Assembly (NCBI GenBank): GCA_963663475.2
Contig: CAXXJV010000001.1
Coordinates: 1,600,001 to 1,664,000 of the forward strand
DNA length: 64,000 nt
From: Candidatus Cloacimonadales bacterium
GTDB lineage: Bacteria; Cloacimonadota; Cloacimonadia; Cloacimonadales; JAFGVF01
Direction: 5' to 3'
Part shown: piece by piece, positions 32,117 through 43,116 of the stretch
How the letters are laid out: each line of letters starts with the position of its first letter
Position numbering within the stretch: the stretch's first letter is position 1
Notes under the pieces: model-generated
What the model saw: the letters and a program-made list of their open reading frames with translations, nothing else
Databases searched by the model: none
Told to the model about the DNA's origin: nothing
Program-made: the position numbers and the translations under genes

Positions 32117-33022
32117 TTAGAAAATCTTTAGATCAATATATCTCTTAGGGTTATCTTTTATATCTTGTAGCAAGCTATCAGCCTGGTCAATTGTTTTGTT
32201 AAGTTTATCATAAAGTTCTTTTTCTTCGAGTAGTTTCTTAAGCGTGTTGTCAGAGTCTTGGTACTTATCAACAATATTATTCAATCTTGAGACAAAGCCC
32301 TTAAGCTCATTGAGATTGCTGTCAAGATTCTGGATAGTCTTAGGAATATTTACCAGACTAGAGTCTATATTACTTTTATTTTTGCTAAGTAAATCAGCGA
32401 GAATTTTTGTTGATTTATTTAGATTATCAGAGATTTCTGCAATATCATTTCTATTCTCAGAAATTATTAAATTTATTTGATTAATGGCCTTGTCAGAATT
32501 ATGCAACAAGCTTCTAGTAGAATCAATGATATCTAAGTTATTATTAATATTATTGATGAAGATACTTAAATCACTAATAAGAATCTTAGCTTCATTGATC
32601 ATGCCATAGATTGAATTTCCAGCTTTACCAGTTTGTATCTTAGAGTAATCAAGTTTATTAGGAGAAGAACCTGGGATTATTTCAATATGGTGACCTCCCA
32701 TTAAAGAGCTTTCGGAGGCAATAAAATATGTATCCTCAGCTAGCTGGAAATCAGGTACTTGAATAATAGCTTTCACAAGAACACCATCTTCTAAAAGAGA
32801 TATATCACTGGTTTTACCTATTGCAATACCATTAAGCTTAACTTTATCACCAGGATCAATCCCATCTGTTGAAGGGAATTTAATAGTTAATTGAACTCTA
32901 TTTCCAGCATAATAAATATCTTTGAGAAAGATGATTCCCATAAAGAGAATAACAAGACCAGCGAGAAAGAATAATCCAACTTTTATTTCAATACTTCTTC
33001 TGTTTTTATAGTAATTACTCAT
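32117..33022 (-). CDS. MlaD/MCE family protein
   Basis: N-terminal TM EIKVGLF, GIDPGDKVKLNGIAIG, SLMGG, coiled coil, DIKDNPKRY. Confidence 0.88.
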   Translation of the reverse strand: MSNYYKNRRSIEIKVGLFFLAGLVILFMGIIFLKDIYYAGNRVQLTIKFPSTDGIDPGDKVKLNGIAIGKTSDISLLEDGVLVKAIIQVPDFQLAEDTYFIASESSLMGGHHIEIIPGSSPNKLDYSKIQTGKAGNSIYGMINEAKILISDLSIFINNINNNLDIIDSTRSLLHNSDKAINQINLIISENRNDIAEISDNLNKSTKILADLLSKNKSNIDSSLVNIPKTIQNLDSNLNELKGFVSRLNNIVDKYQDSDNTLKKLLEEKELYDKLNKTIDQADSLLQDIKDNPKRYIDLKIF

Positions 33023-33032
33023 ATATTTTATC

Positions 33033-34283
33033 CTAAGTTTTTAATTTCTTTTTTTCAGCTGCAGGGAAGAGAACATTATTTAAGATAAGTCTATACCCTT
33101 GTGAGTTTTTATGAAGATCCAAGACTGTTTCAGGATCTCCAATGAGATGGCGATAATCCTCAGGATCATGTCCCCCGTAAAAGGTGAAAGTTCCTTTACC
33201 AAGATTTCCATGAATATATTTTGTTTCTTCTGAATTGGGAATATCTCCTAAGATAATGACGCTTTTTTTAATAAAGTCCTTTTTAAAGGAGGTGGTCATG
33301 CCCAAGAAACCATCTATAATTGAGGAATGATTTTGGGTTAGCATTGTAGGAACTGGATCAAATTTGGCAGAAAAATCAAAAAGTTGAAAATAATCTGCTT
33401 CAGCTCCTCTAATTGCAGCATAATCTGAACCATCAATATTAGAATACTCGTAGATCATAGGGTTTTCTTCAATCTTAAAATTCTCAAAAGCAAAGGTATG
33501 ATTGAAGTCCATTTGAGAACGATAATTAGGGTCAATACCATCTCCATCAAACTCTTTTGGTACTATATCAAGTCCACCAGCTGCTAAAGCAATATCAATT
33601 GTATCAGTAGCCCCGCACATGGCAAACAGGAAACCACCATCAACTACAAAAGCTCTAATCTTCTCTGCTACTGCATGTTTTAGTTTCCACACTTTTGTGA
33701 AACCTAGTTTACTAGCCATTTCTTCATTTATTCTAACCTCTTCTTGGTACCAATCAGCAAACCTATAAGATGAATAAAACTTGCCAAACTGACCTGTAAA
33801 ATCTTCATGGTGGAGATGAACCCAATCGTAATCATCAAGTCCCTTAGTTATTACCTCTTCATCCCATAAAGTATCATAGTCTATACCTGCATATGTTAGG
33901 GCTAAAGTAACAGCATCATCCCATGGGACTTTATTAGGGGGTGTATAAACAGCTATTTTAGGCTCTACTTCTAGCAGAATAATATCCATATTCTCTTCAT
34001 TAATTGTGGCATAAATAGCTGCAACATCATTAGCTGAAATATTCTCAAAAGAGACACCTGAGATATTGAGGTCATTGATAATAGCTTGACTATCAGAGCA
34101 GAGGAAAGAACCTCCTCTATAGTTGAGTAACCATTTGGCTGTAACCTGATTCTGAAGTGATCTAAAGACTACTCCATAAGCCTTTAAGTGGTTATTCTGA
34201 CTATTATCCATGGGAATTAAAATTTCACTATTTATGATTAAAATACTAGTAAGAATAACTAGCATAAAAAATATCTTTTTCAT
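33033..34283 (-). CDS. conserved secreted protein, class I glutamine-amidotransferase-like (often labelled 'asparagine synthetase B' in FCB genomes)
   Basis: LIPMD..Q.NHLKAYG, PWDDAVTL.LTYA.I, HLHHEDFTGQ, FAMC.ATDT, GGHDPEDY. Confidence 0.6.
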   Translation of the reverse strand: MKKIFFMLVILTSILIINSEILIPMDNSQNNHLKAYGVVFRSLQNQVTAKWLLNYRGGSFLCSDSQAIINDLNISGVSFENISANDVAAIYATINEENMDIILLEVEPKIAVYTPPNKVPWDDAVTLALTYAGIDYDTLWDEEVITKGLDDYDWVHLHHEDFTGQFGKFYSSYRFADWYQEEVRINEEMASKLGFTKVWKLKHAVAEKIRAFVVDGGFLFAMCGATDTIDIALAAGGLDIVPKEFDGDGIDPNYRSQMDFNHTFAFENFKIEENPMIYEYSNIDGSDYAAIRGAEADYFQLFDFSAKFDPVPTMLTQNHSSIIDGFLGMTTSFKKDFIKKSVIILGDIPNSEETKYIHGNLGKGTFTFYGGHDPEDYRHLIGDPETVLDLHKNSQGYRLILNNVLFPAAEKKKLKT

Positions 34284-35398
34284 TAGTCCTCCATAAGTTC
34301 TGAGATAATATAATTAGAGATAAACCTGCTCTTATCAGTCAAGTATATTTTCTCATCATTTTGTTTTATTAAGTTCTGACTACTAAAAAGTTCTAGAATA
34401 GCCTTCTTCTCTTTTACCATATCATAAGCATATATTTCTTTAAGTTTACTAAGAGAAAGGCCTTGATTAAGTCTGAGTTGCAGCATGATATATTCATTAA
34501 GCTTATCATGTCTCGATAAGAATTCTTGCTCAGGAAAGAGGATTTCTTTCCTAATAGACTGCTCCCACTCATTAAAACTACTATTATTATAACGGATTTT
34601 ATCTATTGTGCCATAGGCACCTGCTCCTAAACCTAAATAATCTTTTTGCTGCCAATAGGCTAAATTATGTTGAGACTGATATCTGCCTTTGCTAAAATTA
34701 GAAATTTCATATTGAGTAAACCCCGCTTCCTTTAGTCTGGTGCAGATTAATAAATACATATCAGCTACTAATTCATCTTCAGGAATTAAAGATCTGTCTG
34801 GATAGAGAGGAGCATCAGAATCTAAGGATAAGCAATAGATAGAAATATGATTTAATTCTAGTTCTATAAATTTATCAATATCTCTTTCAACATCAGAAAT
34901 CTTCTGTTTAGGAAGACCATATATTAAATCTCCAGAAATATTAGTAAAATTAGAATAACGTAAATTTTGCAATGTAGTTTTTACTTGCTTTGCCTTATGC
35001 TTCCTGCCTAAGTAGTCTAAAAATCTATCATCTAAGGATTGGATTCCTAAAGAAAGCCTGTTTATCTGAGTCTTAGCTAAATTATCAATATACTTGGGGG
35101 TAAGGGTTATTGGATTGCATTCAAGACTTATCTCACAAGTAAGTTTATTGCCATGTAATAGCTGGATAATTTCTTCTATCTGATTGGGAGTTAGTAAGGA
35201 AGGACTACCTCCACCCAAATAAATTGTTTGAGGAAGCAGGTCATATAGATTATTTACCAGGCCTATCTCCTGCCTTAAAATCTCTAAATAGTCTTTTTGC
35301 TTTGCTAGAGAGAAATTTTGTGTATAGAAAGAGCAATAACCACATCTACTAGTGCAGAAGGGGTAATGGATATATATATGATTTATAGTCTGCTTCAC
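34283..35398 (-). CDS. hemW: radical SAM heme chaperone HemW (HemN-like)
   Basis: YIHYPFCTSRCGYCSF, GGGSPS, YEISNF, HNLAYW. Confidence 0.88.
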   Translation of the reverse strand: MKQTINHIYIHYPFCTSRCGYCSFYTQNFSLAKQKDYLEILRQEIGLVNNLYDLLPQTIYLGGGSPSLLTPNQIEEIIQLLHGNKLTCEISLECNPITLTPKYIDNLAKTQINRLSLGIQSLDDRFLDYLGRKHKAKQVKTTLQNLRYSNFTNISGDLIYGLPKQKISDVERDIDKFIELELNHISIYCLSLDSDAPLYPDRSLIPEDELVADMYLLICTRLKEAGFTQYEISNFSKGRYQSQHNLAYWQQKDYLGLGAGAYGTIDKIRYNNSSFNEWEQSIRKEILFPEQEFLSRHDKLNEYIMLQLRLNQGLSLSKLKEIYAYDMVKEKKAILELFSSQNLIKQNDEKIYLTDKSRFISNYIISELMED

Positions 35399-36441
35399 TA
35401 TTTAACTAACTTAAATATTCTTTCCCAGCGAATTTTACCTGACCTGTTAACTGCATCGCGTCCTTGCATTCTATCAACAGAAGATTCATCTCTTGAGAAG
35501 AAGATTATACTTGGAGTTCCGCTAATATTATCACGTGAGAGAAAGCCCCAGTATCTTCCATCATAACTATTGTTTCTGTTATCTCCCATGACAAAATAAT
35601 GCTCTTCAGGTACTACTACCGGACCAAAATTATCTGGAGTACCCATAGCTTGATTATCCCATGTTATCTGATAAGGTTGGTGTTGGCTAGTATTATATTG
35701 TCTGAGATAAGGTAACATTCTCTTGTCAGGACCAAGTAAATTTGCATCACTTAAGTCTTCATTCAAACCATTAAAATTAAAATAAATATATTGGGCTACA
35801 GCTTCAGGAGTATTTGATCCAAAATCTCTCATAAACTTACTTCTGTTATTGTTATAAAGGTCTGTAAAAATATTTAGTAGTTTAGAGTAATTAAAATAAG
35901 TCTTATATACTCCATGGAAATTACCTAAATTTTGACCATTAACAATAATTTCCCTATTTACTACTTGAACAGTATCACCTGGTTCACCTATAACTCTTTT
36001 AACAACATTTTTCGGAGCGTAATAGGTTATTCCAAACCAAGTCCAAGCATGAATATCAAAAAATTTAGCAGTGTTAATGAATAAAGGTGGATATAATTTC
36101 TTATAATGACCTGTATATTTAGCAAAAGGATTTAAAGAATTTTGAGGATCACTTAAGTCAAAATCATTGGGATTATCTGGGTCGGTTGGCATTCTAAAAG
36201 TAACAATCTCACCTTGCTTAGGGTCTGTGAAATGATATTTCATTTTATTAGCGACTAAGTAATCGCCAACTAAAAGCGTGTTTTCCATTGAACCAGAGGG
36301 GATTTTGAAGTTTTGAAAGGTGAAATTACGGATTATCATGGCTACAACCAAGGCATAGAGAATGGCTTCTACCCAGTCTTGAACAAAAGGCTTTTTCTTC
36401 TTTGCTAAATGCTTTCTATCGTTATTTATCTTATTTTTCAT
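35398..36441 (-). CDS. lepB: signal peptidase I
   Basis: IPSGSMENTL.VGD, VKRVIGEPGD, MGDNRNNSYDGRYWG. Confidence 0.93.
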   Translation of the reverse strand: MKNKINNDRKHLAKKKKPFVQDWVEAILYALVVAMIIRNFTFQNFKIPSGSMENTLLVGDYLVANKMKYHFTDPKQGEIVTFRMPTDPDNPNDFDLSDPQNSLNPFAKYTGHYKKLYPPLFINTAKFFDIHAWTWFGITYYAPKNVVKRVIGEPGDTVQVVNREIIVNGQNLGNFHGVYKTYFNYSKLLNIFTDLYNNNRSKFMRDFGSNTPEAVAQYIYFNFNGLNEDLSDANLLGPDKRMLPYLRQYNTSQHQPYQITWDNQAMGTPDNFGPVVVPEEHYFVMGDNRNNSYDGRYWGFLSRDNISGTPSIIFFSRDESSVDRMQGRDAVNRSGKIRWERIFKLVK

Positions 36442-36638
36442 AGTTTATAGACCTTTATTTTAGCTTTATTCAACACAAATACTTAAGTCTTCTCAGTGTG
36501 GTTTAAGACCCTATATCATGGTTAAATTTATTTTAGATTAATCTTTTTCATAGACTGCGTCAATGTCAATATAAAAATTTATCAAGCCATAAAGTTACGT
36601 AATAAATTAATTGATGGCAGGCCATTCTTTCTTCATGA

Positions 36639-36668
36639 GCAAGTGGAAGCATCACTACTTCCACTTGC
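36639..36668. repeat. GTGGAAG..CTTCCAC hairpin (REP-like; similar at 48600-48620 and about 60686-60706)
   Basis: gcaagtggaagc-atcact-acttccacttgc. Confidence 0.55.
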
Positions 36669-36701
36669 TAGTAAAAATTCTCTTATTCTCTTGTTTCCCT
36701 G

Positions 36702-38186
36702 TTAAGGTAAGTACTTACCACATCTGACTTCTAGTTCTTTATAAGCTAGATGTAGATCAAGTTGAGCATCAATGAAGTCAGAATAAGCTTTTTGCCATTT
36801 AGTTTGGGCATTTAGTAAATTAGTAAGCTCAGTCATACCCACTTGGTAGTTATCTGTTTCTAGGAGAAGGTATTCATCAGCTTGCTTGAGAGCAGATTGG
36901 GCTAAGGTTAATTTAGCTATTTTGTTATCAACATTAGTTAATGATTGATTAATCTGGAGAATCATCAGTTGACTAGTATTTTCAAGATTAAAGCCTGCTT
37001 CTTTATACTTAGCTTTTGCCTCATTCACTTTATAGATACTTTCTCCCCATTGGAAGATAGGAAAAGATAGTTGAGCCATAGCATTAGCAGAGAAGTCATC
37101 ATGATTTTGATCATTTAATTGATAACTCAAATAATTATATGAAGCTAGAAGGCCAATTTGAGGAAGAAAATCAGACCGTTTAAGTTTGATATTTTGTTTA
37201 GCGACTTCTTCTTGAATTTTTAACATTTGATAGTCATATCTGTGGAGATAATCTTCTTGAGAAAAATCATGAAAGTCTATTACACTTAGCAAGTTAGAAA
37301 GGGTATCTTGGGGAATTATCAGACTATTTAGGGGAAGACCAGTTTTTTGGGCTAGAGCCATAGAGGCTAAGTTAAGTCCATTTTCTGCTTCCTTATCGAG
37401 GAGAGCGACCTCATTATATTTAACTCTTGCTTGCAAAACTTGGTTTTTGTTAACCATACCAACCTCGTAAGAATTTTCCACCTTAAGCAAGATATTATTA
37501 ACAAGTTGAAGATATTTCTCAGTAAGTTGCTTTTTTTGATTGAGAGAAACTAGACGCCAGTAGTCTTTTTCAGTTTCAAATAGAAGATTTTCTTTAATAA
37601 GTTTGAGATTCAGTTGGCTAGCTTCATATCCTAGAGAAGCCATTTTATAGGCCGAAGTAACTTTACCACCTGTATAGATGGCTTGTTTTAAAGAAAGTGC
37701 TGAAGTGAAGCCACTTTTGGGGAGGACTTCTAGATCTTTATCAGGGAAAAGGGCATATTGGTTAAAGATAGGATTGCCATCCTCACCATATACAGGTTGA
37801 TTAGTGAGGGGATTGATGTAAAGATTAGGGTCAAGTTGACCAGACTCAGGATTGAAGTTGTAGGTAGGAAGATAGCCTCCTTCCAGAGTCATTTTAGTAG
37901 ATTCTGATCTAAGCAGGTAATTTGCTGAGAGGTCAAATTTAGGTAGATAATTAGTGAAAAGAGATGACTTTTTGTTCTTTGAACCAGTCACCATTTCTTC
38001 ACTTTTCTTGATTAGTTTATTGTTTTGCAGGGCAAGATCTTGAGCTTGCTGGAGGGATAAAGTCAAGCTAGCAGACTTCTCACTAGATATTTCTATTGGG
38101 GAAATAGCAGAAGCACTTAAGCAAGTAAGACTTACTAATAGGGCACAGATAAAGGCTAGTTTTAATTTGTTATTTATCTTAGACAT
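36702..38186 (-). CDS. TolC-family outer membrane efflux protein
   Basis: Two OEP repeats (YLPKF/FLPQI, Q.IYTGG, PIFQWG); last gene of the RND operon. Confidence 0.9.
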   Translation of the reverse strand: MSKINNKLKLAFICALLVSLTCLSASAISPIEISSEKSASLTLSLQQAQDLALQNNKLIKKSEEMVTGSKNKKSSLFTNYLPKFDLSANYLLRSESTKMTLEGGYLPTYNFNPESGQLDPNLYINPLTNQPVYGEDGNPIFNQYALFPDKDLEVLPKSGFTSALSLKQAIYTGGKVTSAYKMASLGYEASQLNLKLIKENLLFETEKDYWRLVSLNQKKQLTEKYLQLVNNILLKVENSYEVGMVNKNQVLQARVKYNEVALLDKEAENGLNLASMALAQKTGLPLNSLIIPQDTLSNLLSVIDFHDFSQEDYLHRYDYQMLKIQEEVAKQNIKLKRSDFLPQIGLLASYNYLSYQLNDQNHDDFSANAMAQLSFPIFQWGESIYKVNEAKAKYKEAGFNLENTSQLMILQINQSLTNVDNKIAKLTLAQSALKQADEYLLLETDNYQVGMTELTNLLNAQTKWQKAYSDFIDAQLDLHLAYKELEVRCGKYLP

Positions 38187-38187
38187 A

Positions 38188-41100
38188 TTATTCTCCTGTA
38201 TAGTCATGTAAAGGTTTGATGTTAAAGAAAAGTGAGTAGAGTAGGGGTAAGAGAATCAAGGTTACTAAGGTACCTATAAGGAGTCCACACATGATAGTAA
38301 CAGCTAAAGAACCAAACATAGGGTCTGAAACTAAGGGAATCATACCTAGAATAGTTGTAAGTGAGGCCATCATAACAGGTCTGAATCTTGCTATAGCAGA
38401 ATCAAAAACTGCCTTAAAAGGGTTTTTACCTGATTTAATATCAAAATCAATTGAGTCTATTAGGACCACACCATTTTTGATAAGCATACCTGATAAACCA
38501 ATAACTCCAACTATAGCCACAAAACCAAATTCTTTGCCAGTAAGGATCAAGCCAGGGATAACACCAATCATGGCAAAGGGGAGACATAATAGTATAGTAA
38601 ACATCTTAGCATAGCTATTAAAGAGAGCGATTAGGATTAAGATAATAAGTACAAAAGCAACTGGGGTAAACATAATAATATATTTCATTGCACTTTTTTG
38701 ATCATACTGTTCACCATACCATTCCAGAGAATAGCCTCTAGGAAGTTGCATAGCTTCAATCTTAGCTTTCACATCAGAAAAGAGAATATCAGCATTATAG
38801 CCAGGAGCAGGGTCACATTGAGCCATAATAGCTCGACTACCGTTATGTCTGCGGATTACTTCTTGGAAAGACTTTACTTCAATATCATTGGAAACAGAGC
38901 TAAGTGGGGAAGAGCTAAGAATAGATTCTTTTATTTCATCTAATGATTTTACTCCAGCTGCCATAAGTTTTAAATCGTTTTTACTAATATCTAAATTTGG
39001 CATGATACTCCAGACAGGGACATCTTTTAAATCACGAATTCTATTACCGTCAGCTTCCACAGACTTAACAATAATGGGCAGTTGTTTGTTTCCTTCATAA
39101 TAGGTACTTACAGGAGCACCATCAGTAGCCATCAAGAGAGAAGTAGCAACTTCAGTCCTATCAATTCCTACTCTTCTACCCTTACTTTGCTGATAATCAA
39201 CAGCTAAAAGTTTACCTTGGTCTTCCCAGTCATCGGTCACACTCATTGCATAAGGTGATTGACGCATAATATCTTTAGCTTGATCTGCTAGGTCTTTCAA
39301 AACTGCAACATCGTTTCCTTTGAAGAGGGCTTCAACAGAGTAATGACTATTAACAATTAAATTATATAATCTAACCCTTGCTTTAGCTTCAGGATACTGT
39401 TTTATTAAGTGGGTCTGAATTTTATCTTTCAGAGAAATCATTGTTTCATAGTCTTTAAAATCAACAATTAACTCCCCATAACTTTTTGAGTTTTCAGAAA
39501 TAGTTCTAACTAAATTATAACGTGTTGGTGTGCCTCCTAAACTCATTGTTATATTTGATACACCATCTAAGCTTTGGAGATATTGGCTAATTTCTTTCAA
39601 ATCAGACTCTACTCTTTGGATTTTTCTTGTTTCAGGTAGCTTATATTCAATATAAACTTGGTTATAGGTGAAGTCTGGGAAAAAGGCCTTTCTGATATAT
39701 CTGAAAGAAAATAGAGAAATAATTAATAAAACTAGGGCAATTGCTATGCTAGCTGAGCGAAGTCTAAAAGCTCTATTGAGTAAAACTTTAAATATTTTAT
39801 AAAAGAAGGAATTATTTTCTTTTTTACTATTTCCATGCTTATCTTTTTTTCTAGGGTAGAGAACTCTCTCAGCTCCTAAAGGTATTTGAGTTAGAGCAAA
39901 TATCCAGCTAAAGAGGAGGGTAACAGCAAGTACAATAAAGAGGTCACGAGTATAAGTTCCAGCAGTATCAGGAGAGAAGAATATTGGCAGGAAGGAGATT
40001 ATTGCTATCATTGTAGCACCTAGAAGGGGGAGGGCTGTCTTTTTTGCTGTTGAACGAAGAGCTTCTTTCCTGTCCACCCCTTTATTTAAATCCACTAAAA
40101 TACCATCTACAACGACAATAGCATTATCTACTAGCATACCCATTGCTACAATAATGGAAGCAAGAGAAACACGTTGGAGTGTTCCTCCTAAGATAAAAAG
40201 AACAACAAAAGATGATAAGATAGTATAGATTAGTCCTTTACCTATCAAAATACCACTCTTGAAACCCATAGTGAAGAGTAATACAATAATAACAATAAGA
40301 ATAGATTGAATTAGGTTAGACATGAATTGCCAAATAGCAGTATTAACTTTTTCAGGTTGATAAAAAACTTTATGGAAATCTATTCCTATAGGTAATTCTT
40401 GTTTAGTAATGGCTAGTTGCTCTTCCACCCTTTTACCTAACTCAACAATATTATCCCCAGCTTCCATAGAAATGGAAATACCAATTGACTCTTTATCGTT
40501 ATAGAGCATCTTCTTACTAATAGGAGTCTTGATTCTTTTTTCTACACTAGCGATGTCTTTTAATAAAAGCATGTCTTGCTCATGACCTTTTATTACTAGA
40601 TTTTCTATATCTTCTAAAGACTCAAAACTATTAGCAACTTCTAATCTAATTCTACTATCTTGATTTTCAAAGTAACCAGCATAGACAACTTTATCTTGGG
40701 CTTGAACAGTTAAAAGAATTTCAGCAGGTAAGACACCTAAGTTTGCCATTTTAGCTGGATGCATCTCTACATAAACTGCATAGTCTTGTTTGCCATTAAG
40801 CTGAACTCTCCTGACACCTTCTACCGTTAAGAGGTCTCGTTTAATTCTCTCAGCAAAGTCTTGCATCTCATCATAAGAATAACCATCAGCTGTCATTGCA
40901 TAAAAAATACCATAGATATCACCAAAGTCATCTATAACAACAGGGGTATATGCTTGGGCAGGTAAAGATAATTTAGCTCTCTCTACCTTTCTTCTAAGTA
41001 TATCCCACATCTGTTCTACTTCAGCATCCTTGACTGTTGTCTCTAAACTAATCTGAATTTCTGAATAGTTAGCTAAAGAACGGGAAGTAACCTTTTCTAG

Positions 41101-41328
41101 TTGACCCATAGTTTTAATTTCATCTTCTAAAACCTTGGTAACCTCAAGTTCAACTTGATTAGGATTAGCTCCTGGATAATAGGTAGCTACAACAGCCTTC
41201 TTTACTTTTATCTCAGGGTCTTCTAACTTACTGATAAAATGAAAGCTGACAATACCACCTAAAGAGAGAATTAAGATGAGGAAATAGACTATTCGCTTAT
41301 TGTTAAAAGCAAAATCTGTTAGGCTCAT
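38188..41328 (-). CDS. RND efflux permease (AcrB/CusA-like)
   Basis: GMLVDNAIVV, KNGVVLID, RFRPVMMASLTTILGMIPL. Confidence 0.94.
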   Translation of the reverse strand: MSLTDFAFNNKRIVYFLILILSLGGIVSFHFISKLEDPEIKVKKAVVATYYPGANPNQVELEVTKVLEDEIKTMGQLEKVTSRSLANYSEIQISLETTVKDAEVEQMWDILRRKVERAKLSLPAQAYTPVVIDDFGDIYGIFYAMTADGYSYDEMQDFAERIKRDLLTVEGVRRVQLNGKQDYAVYVEMHPAKMANLGVLPAEILLTVQAQDKVVYAGYFENQDSRIRLEVANSFESLEDIENLVIKGHEQDMLLLKDIASVEKRIKTPISKKMLYNDKESIGISISMEAGDNIVELGKRVEEQLAITKQELPIGIDFHKVFYQPEKVNTAIWQFMSNLIQSILIVIIVLLFTMGFKSGILIGKGLIYTILSSFVVLFILGGTLQRVSLASIIVAMGMLVDNAIVVVDGILVDLNKGVDRKEALRSTAKKTALPLLGATMIAIISFLPIFFSPDTAGTYTRDLFIVLAVTLLFSWIFALTQIPLGAERVLYPRKKDKHGNSKKENNSFFYKIFKVLLNRAFRLRSASIAIALVLLIISLFSFRYIRKAFFPDFTYNQVYIEYKLPETRKIQRVESDLKEISQYLQSLDGVSNITMSLGGTPTRYNLVRTISENSKSYGELIVDFKDYETMISLKDKIQTHLIKQYPEAKARVRLYNLIVNSHYSVEALFKGNDVAVLKDLADQAKDIMRQSPYAMSVTDDWEDQGKLLAVDYQQSKGRRVGIDRTEVATSLLMATDGAPVSTYYEGNKQLPIIVKSVEADGNRIRDLKDVPVWSIMPNLDISKNDLKLMAAGVKSLDEIKESILSSSPLSSVSNDIEVKSFQEVIRRHNGSRAIMAQCDPAPGYNADILFSDVKAKIEAMQLPRGYSLEWYGEQYDQKSAMKYIIMFTPVAFVLIILILIALFNSYAKMFTILLCLPFAMIGVIPGLILTGKEFGFVAIVGVIGLSGMLIKNGVVLIDSIDFDIKSGKNPFKAVFDSAIARFRPVMMASLTTILGMIPLVSDPMFGSLAVTIMCGLLIGTLVTLILLPLLYSLFFNIKPLHDYTGE

Positions 41329-42419
41329 AGTAAGCCTCCATAGTTACTAGGAGATGGTTCTTTAACAGGGATAACTTCTTGCTTGTCCATTAATTCATGA
41401 ACACCTGCTTTAATGACTTTATCTCCTGCTTGTAAGCCATCACTAATCATGACAAGTCCACTATCATCTATACCAACAATCTTGATTATTCTTTTATTTA
41501 CTATATATTTGCCTTGCTTATCTTGAGTGCACAACCAAACATATGATTCATCCTTTGTTTGGATAATTGATTCCATTGGTACCTTGATAACTCTTTGATC
41601 TTCACTTGTTTCTAACTCATATGTTATCTCAACTTCACAATCCATTCCTACTGCCATATCTGTATTATATTTTTGGCTATCTTTAACTTTGAAATAAACT
41701 CTATAAAGAGAATTTAAATTTGATTTATGTTTTATATTAACTAACTCTAGAGGAATCTTACTCTGAGGTATTGATTCTAAAGTAACATTAAAAGAAGAAA
41801 ACTTATCTCTATTAACATAGACAATGGCTGGAATATCACATTGAACTTGCAAGTTCTTATCACTAATCATGGATATTAGTGGTAAACCTGCTTTAACTAT
41901 TTCACCTTGCTCAAAGAAGATATCTTGGATAAAACCACTGTATGGGGCTAGCAATTCAACATCATTGAGGGAATTCTGCATGCTTTGATATTTAGCTGTG
42001 ATTTGACTTAGCCCTGATACCGCTTTCTCATAATCATTTGCTGAAACATTGCCTTTTTTGTAGAGACTTTCAATTCTTTGAACCTCATTAGAAATTTGGT
42101 CATATTGAGCCTTCACTGCAGAATATTGTAATTGATAATCCCTATCATCAAGTTTTGCCAAAAGCTGGCCTTCCTCAACATACTGGCCTTCCTCAACAAA
42201 TACTGCTTCTATTGGTCCTGCTAATCTAAAAGACAAGTTGGCTTTTTTACCTTCTACAAGAGTTCCTGCAAAAGCTCTGACCTCTGTTCTGGTAATATCC
42301 TCTATCTCATATAATTTTACTAATTTGCTTTTTACTTGATTAATCCTTACTTCTTCTTTACAAGCAAGCACTGATAGGAAAACTATCAACATTGTTATTG
42401 TTTTAAGTATATTTTTCAT
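41325..42419 (-). CDS. RND periplasmic adaptor (MFP) lipoprotein
   Basis: Lipobox VLAC, LSFRLAGPI..V.VEEG, APYSG, GLQAGD. Confidence 0.92.
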   Translation of the reverse strand: MKNILKTITMLIVFLSVLACKEEVRINQVKSKLVKLYEIEDITRTEVRAFAGTLVEGKKANLSFRLAGPIEAVFVEEGQYVEEGQLLAKLDDRDYQLQYSAVKAQYDQISNEVQRIESLYKKGNVSANDYEKAVSGLSQITAKYQSMQNSLNDVELLAPYSGFIQDIFFEQGEIVKAGLPLISMISDKNLQVQCDIPAIVYVNRDKFSSFNVTLESIPQSKIPLELVNIKHKSNLNSLYRVYFKVKDSQKYNTDMAVGMDCEVEITYELETSEDQRVIKVPMESIIQTKDESYVWLCTQDKQGKYIVNKRIIKIVGIDDSGLVMISDGLQAGDKVIKAGVHELMDKQEVIPVKEPSPSNYGGLL

Positions 42420-42427
42420 CTTACCTC

Positions 42428-42994
42428 CTACTTTTGTAGTCCTCTAATTATTAGTTTGTTAAAAATATTGATTTTTTCTTTAATTGTTTCATCTGAATCA
42501 TGACTGTAGATAGATAGCTGTAAGGTCTCTCTAATTATCTCTATGAGTAATCTCAGATTTATGTCTTCAATAATTTTACCCTGGTCTTGAAACTGCTTAA
42601 AAAGCAGGTAAAACTTTTCTTCCAACTTTAATAGATAATCTTCTATCTGCTTCTTAATAAAAGGGTATTCAACATAGATTTCATTTACTAAAACCCTCAA
42701 CTTACCTACAGATAACTCTTCCAAAGAATGCATACTCTCAGATACTAATTCTTCAAAAGAAGTAGATTCTAAATAATAGTTGTAGAATTTTGCGAAAGTA
42801 TTTTCATAGAAATAAAAGGCAATCTTACTGACTAAATCAGCCTTACTACCGATAATTTTATAAAGAGTAGCCTTTGCTAAGTTACATTGTTTGGCAAGTT
42901 GGTCCATGTTTAAGTTACTCAGACCATTATCTAAAACTGCTTCTTTAGCTTTAACAAATACTAAATCGATAATTTCATTGTTTTCTACTTTCAT
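42428..42994 (-). CDS. TetR/AcrR family regulator
   Basis: N-terminal HTH GLSNLNMDQLAKQCNLAKATLYKIIGSK; first gene of the efflux operon. Confidence 0.85.
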   Translation of the reverse strand: MKVENNEIIDLVFVKAKEAVLDNGLSNLNMDQLAKQCNLAKATLYKIIGSKADLVSKIAFYFYENTFAKFYNYYLESTSFEELVSESMHSLEELSVGKLRVLVNEIYVEYPFIKKQIEDYLLKLEEKFYLLFKQFQDQGKIIEDINLRLLIEIIRETLQLSIYSHDSDETIKEKINIFNKLIIRGLQK

Positions 42995-43116
42995 TATTGA
43001 ACTCCATATGTTAGTTGAGTTCATTTTTCTCTAAGTCCAATATTTAGTCAAGGAAGAAATTTCTTGCCAAAAGTTACCTATTCTCCAAGAATGAAAATAA
43101 AAAGGGTAGTTAAAAG

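Noticed and set aside
42164..42205. Short in-frame duplications in the MFP gene (VEEGQ x2) and the outer membrane protein gene (EDVDT x2, about 45908-45937)
   Set aside because: Minor local duplications with no sign of a wider system
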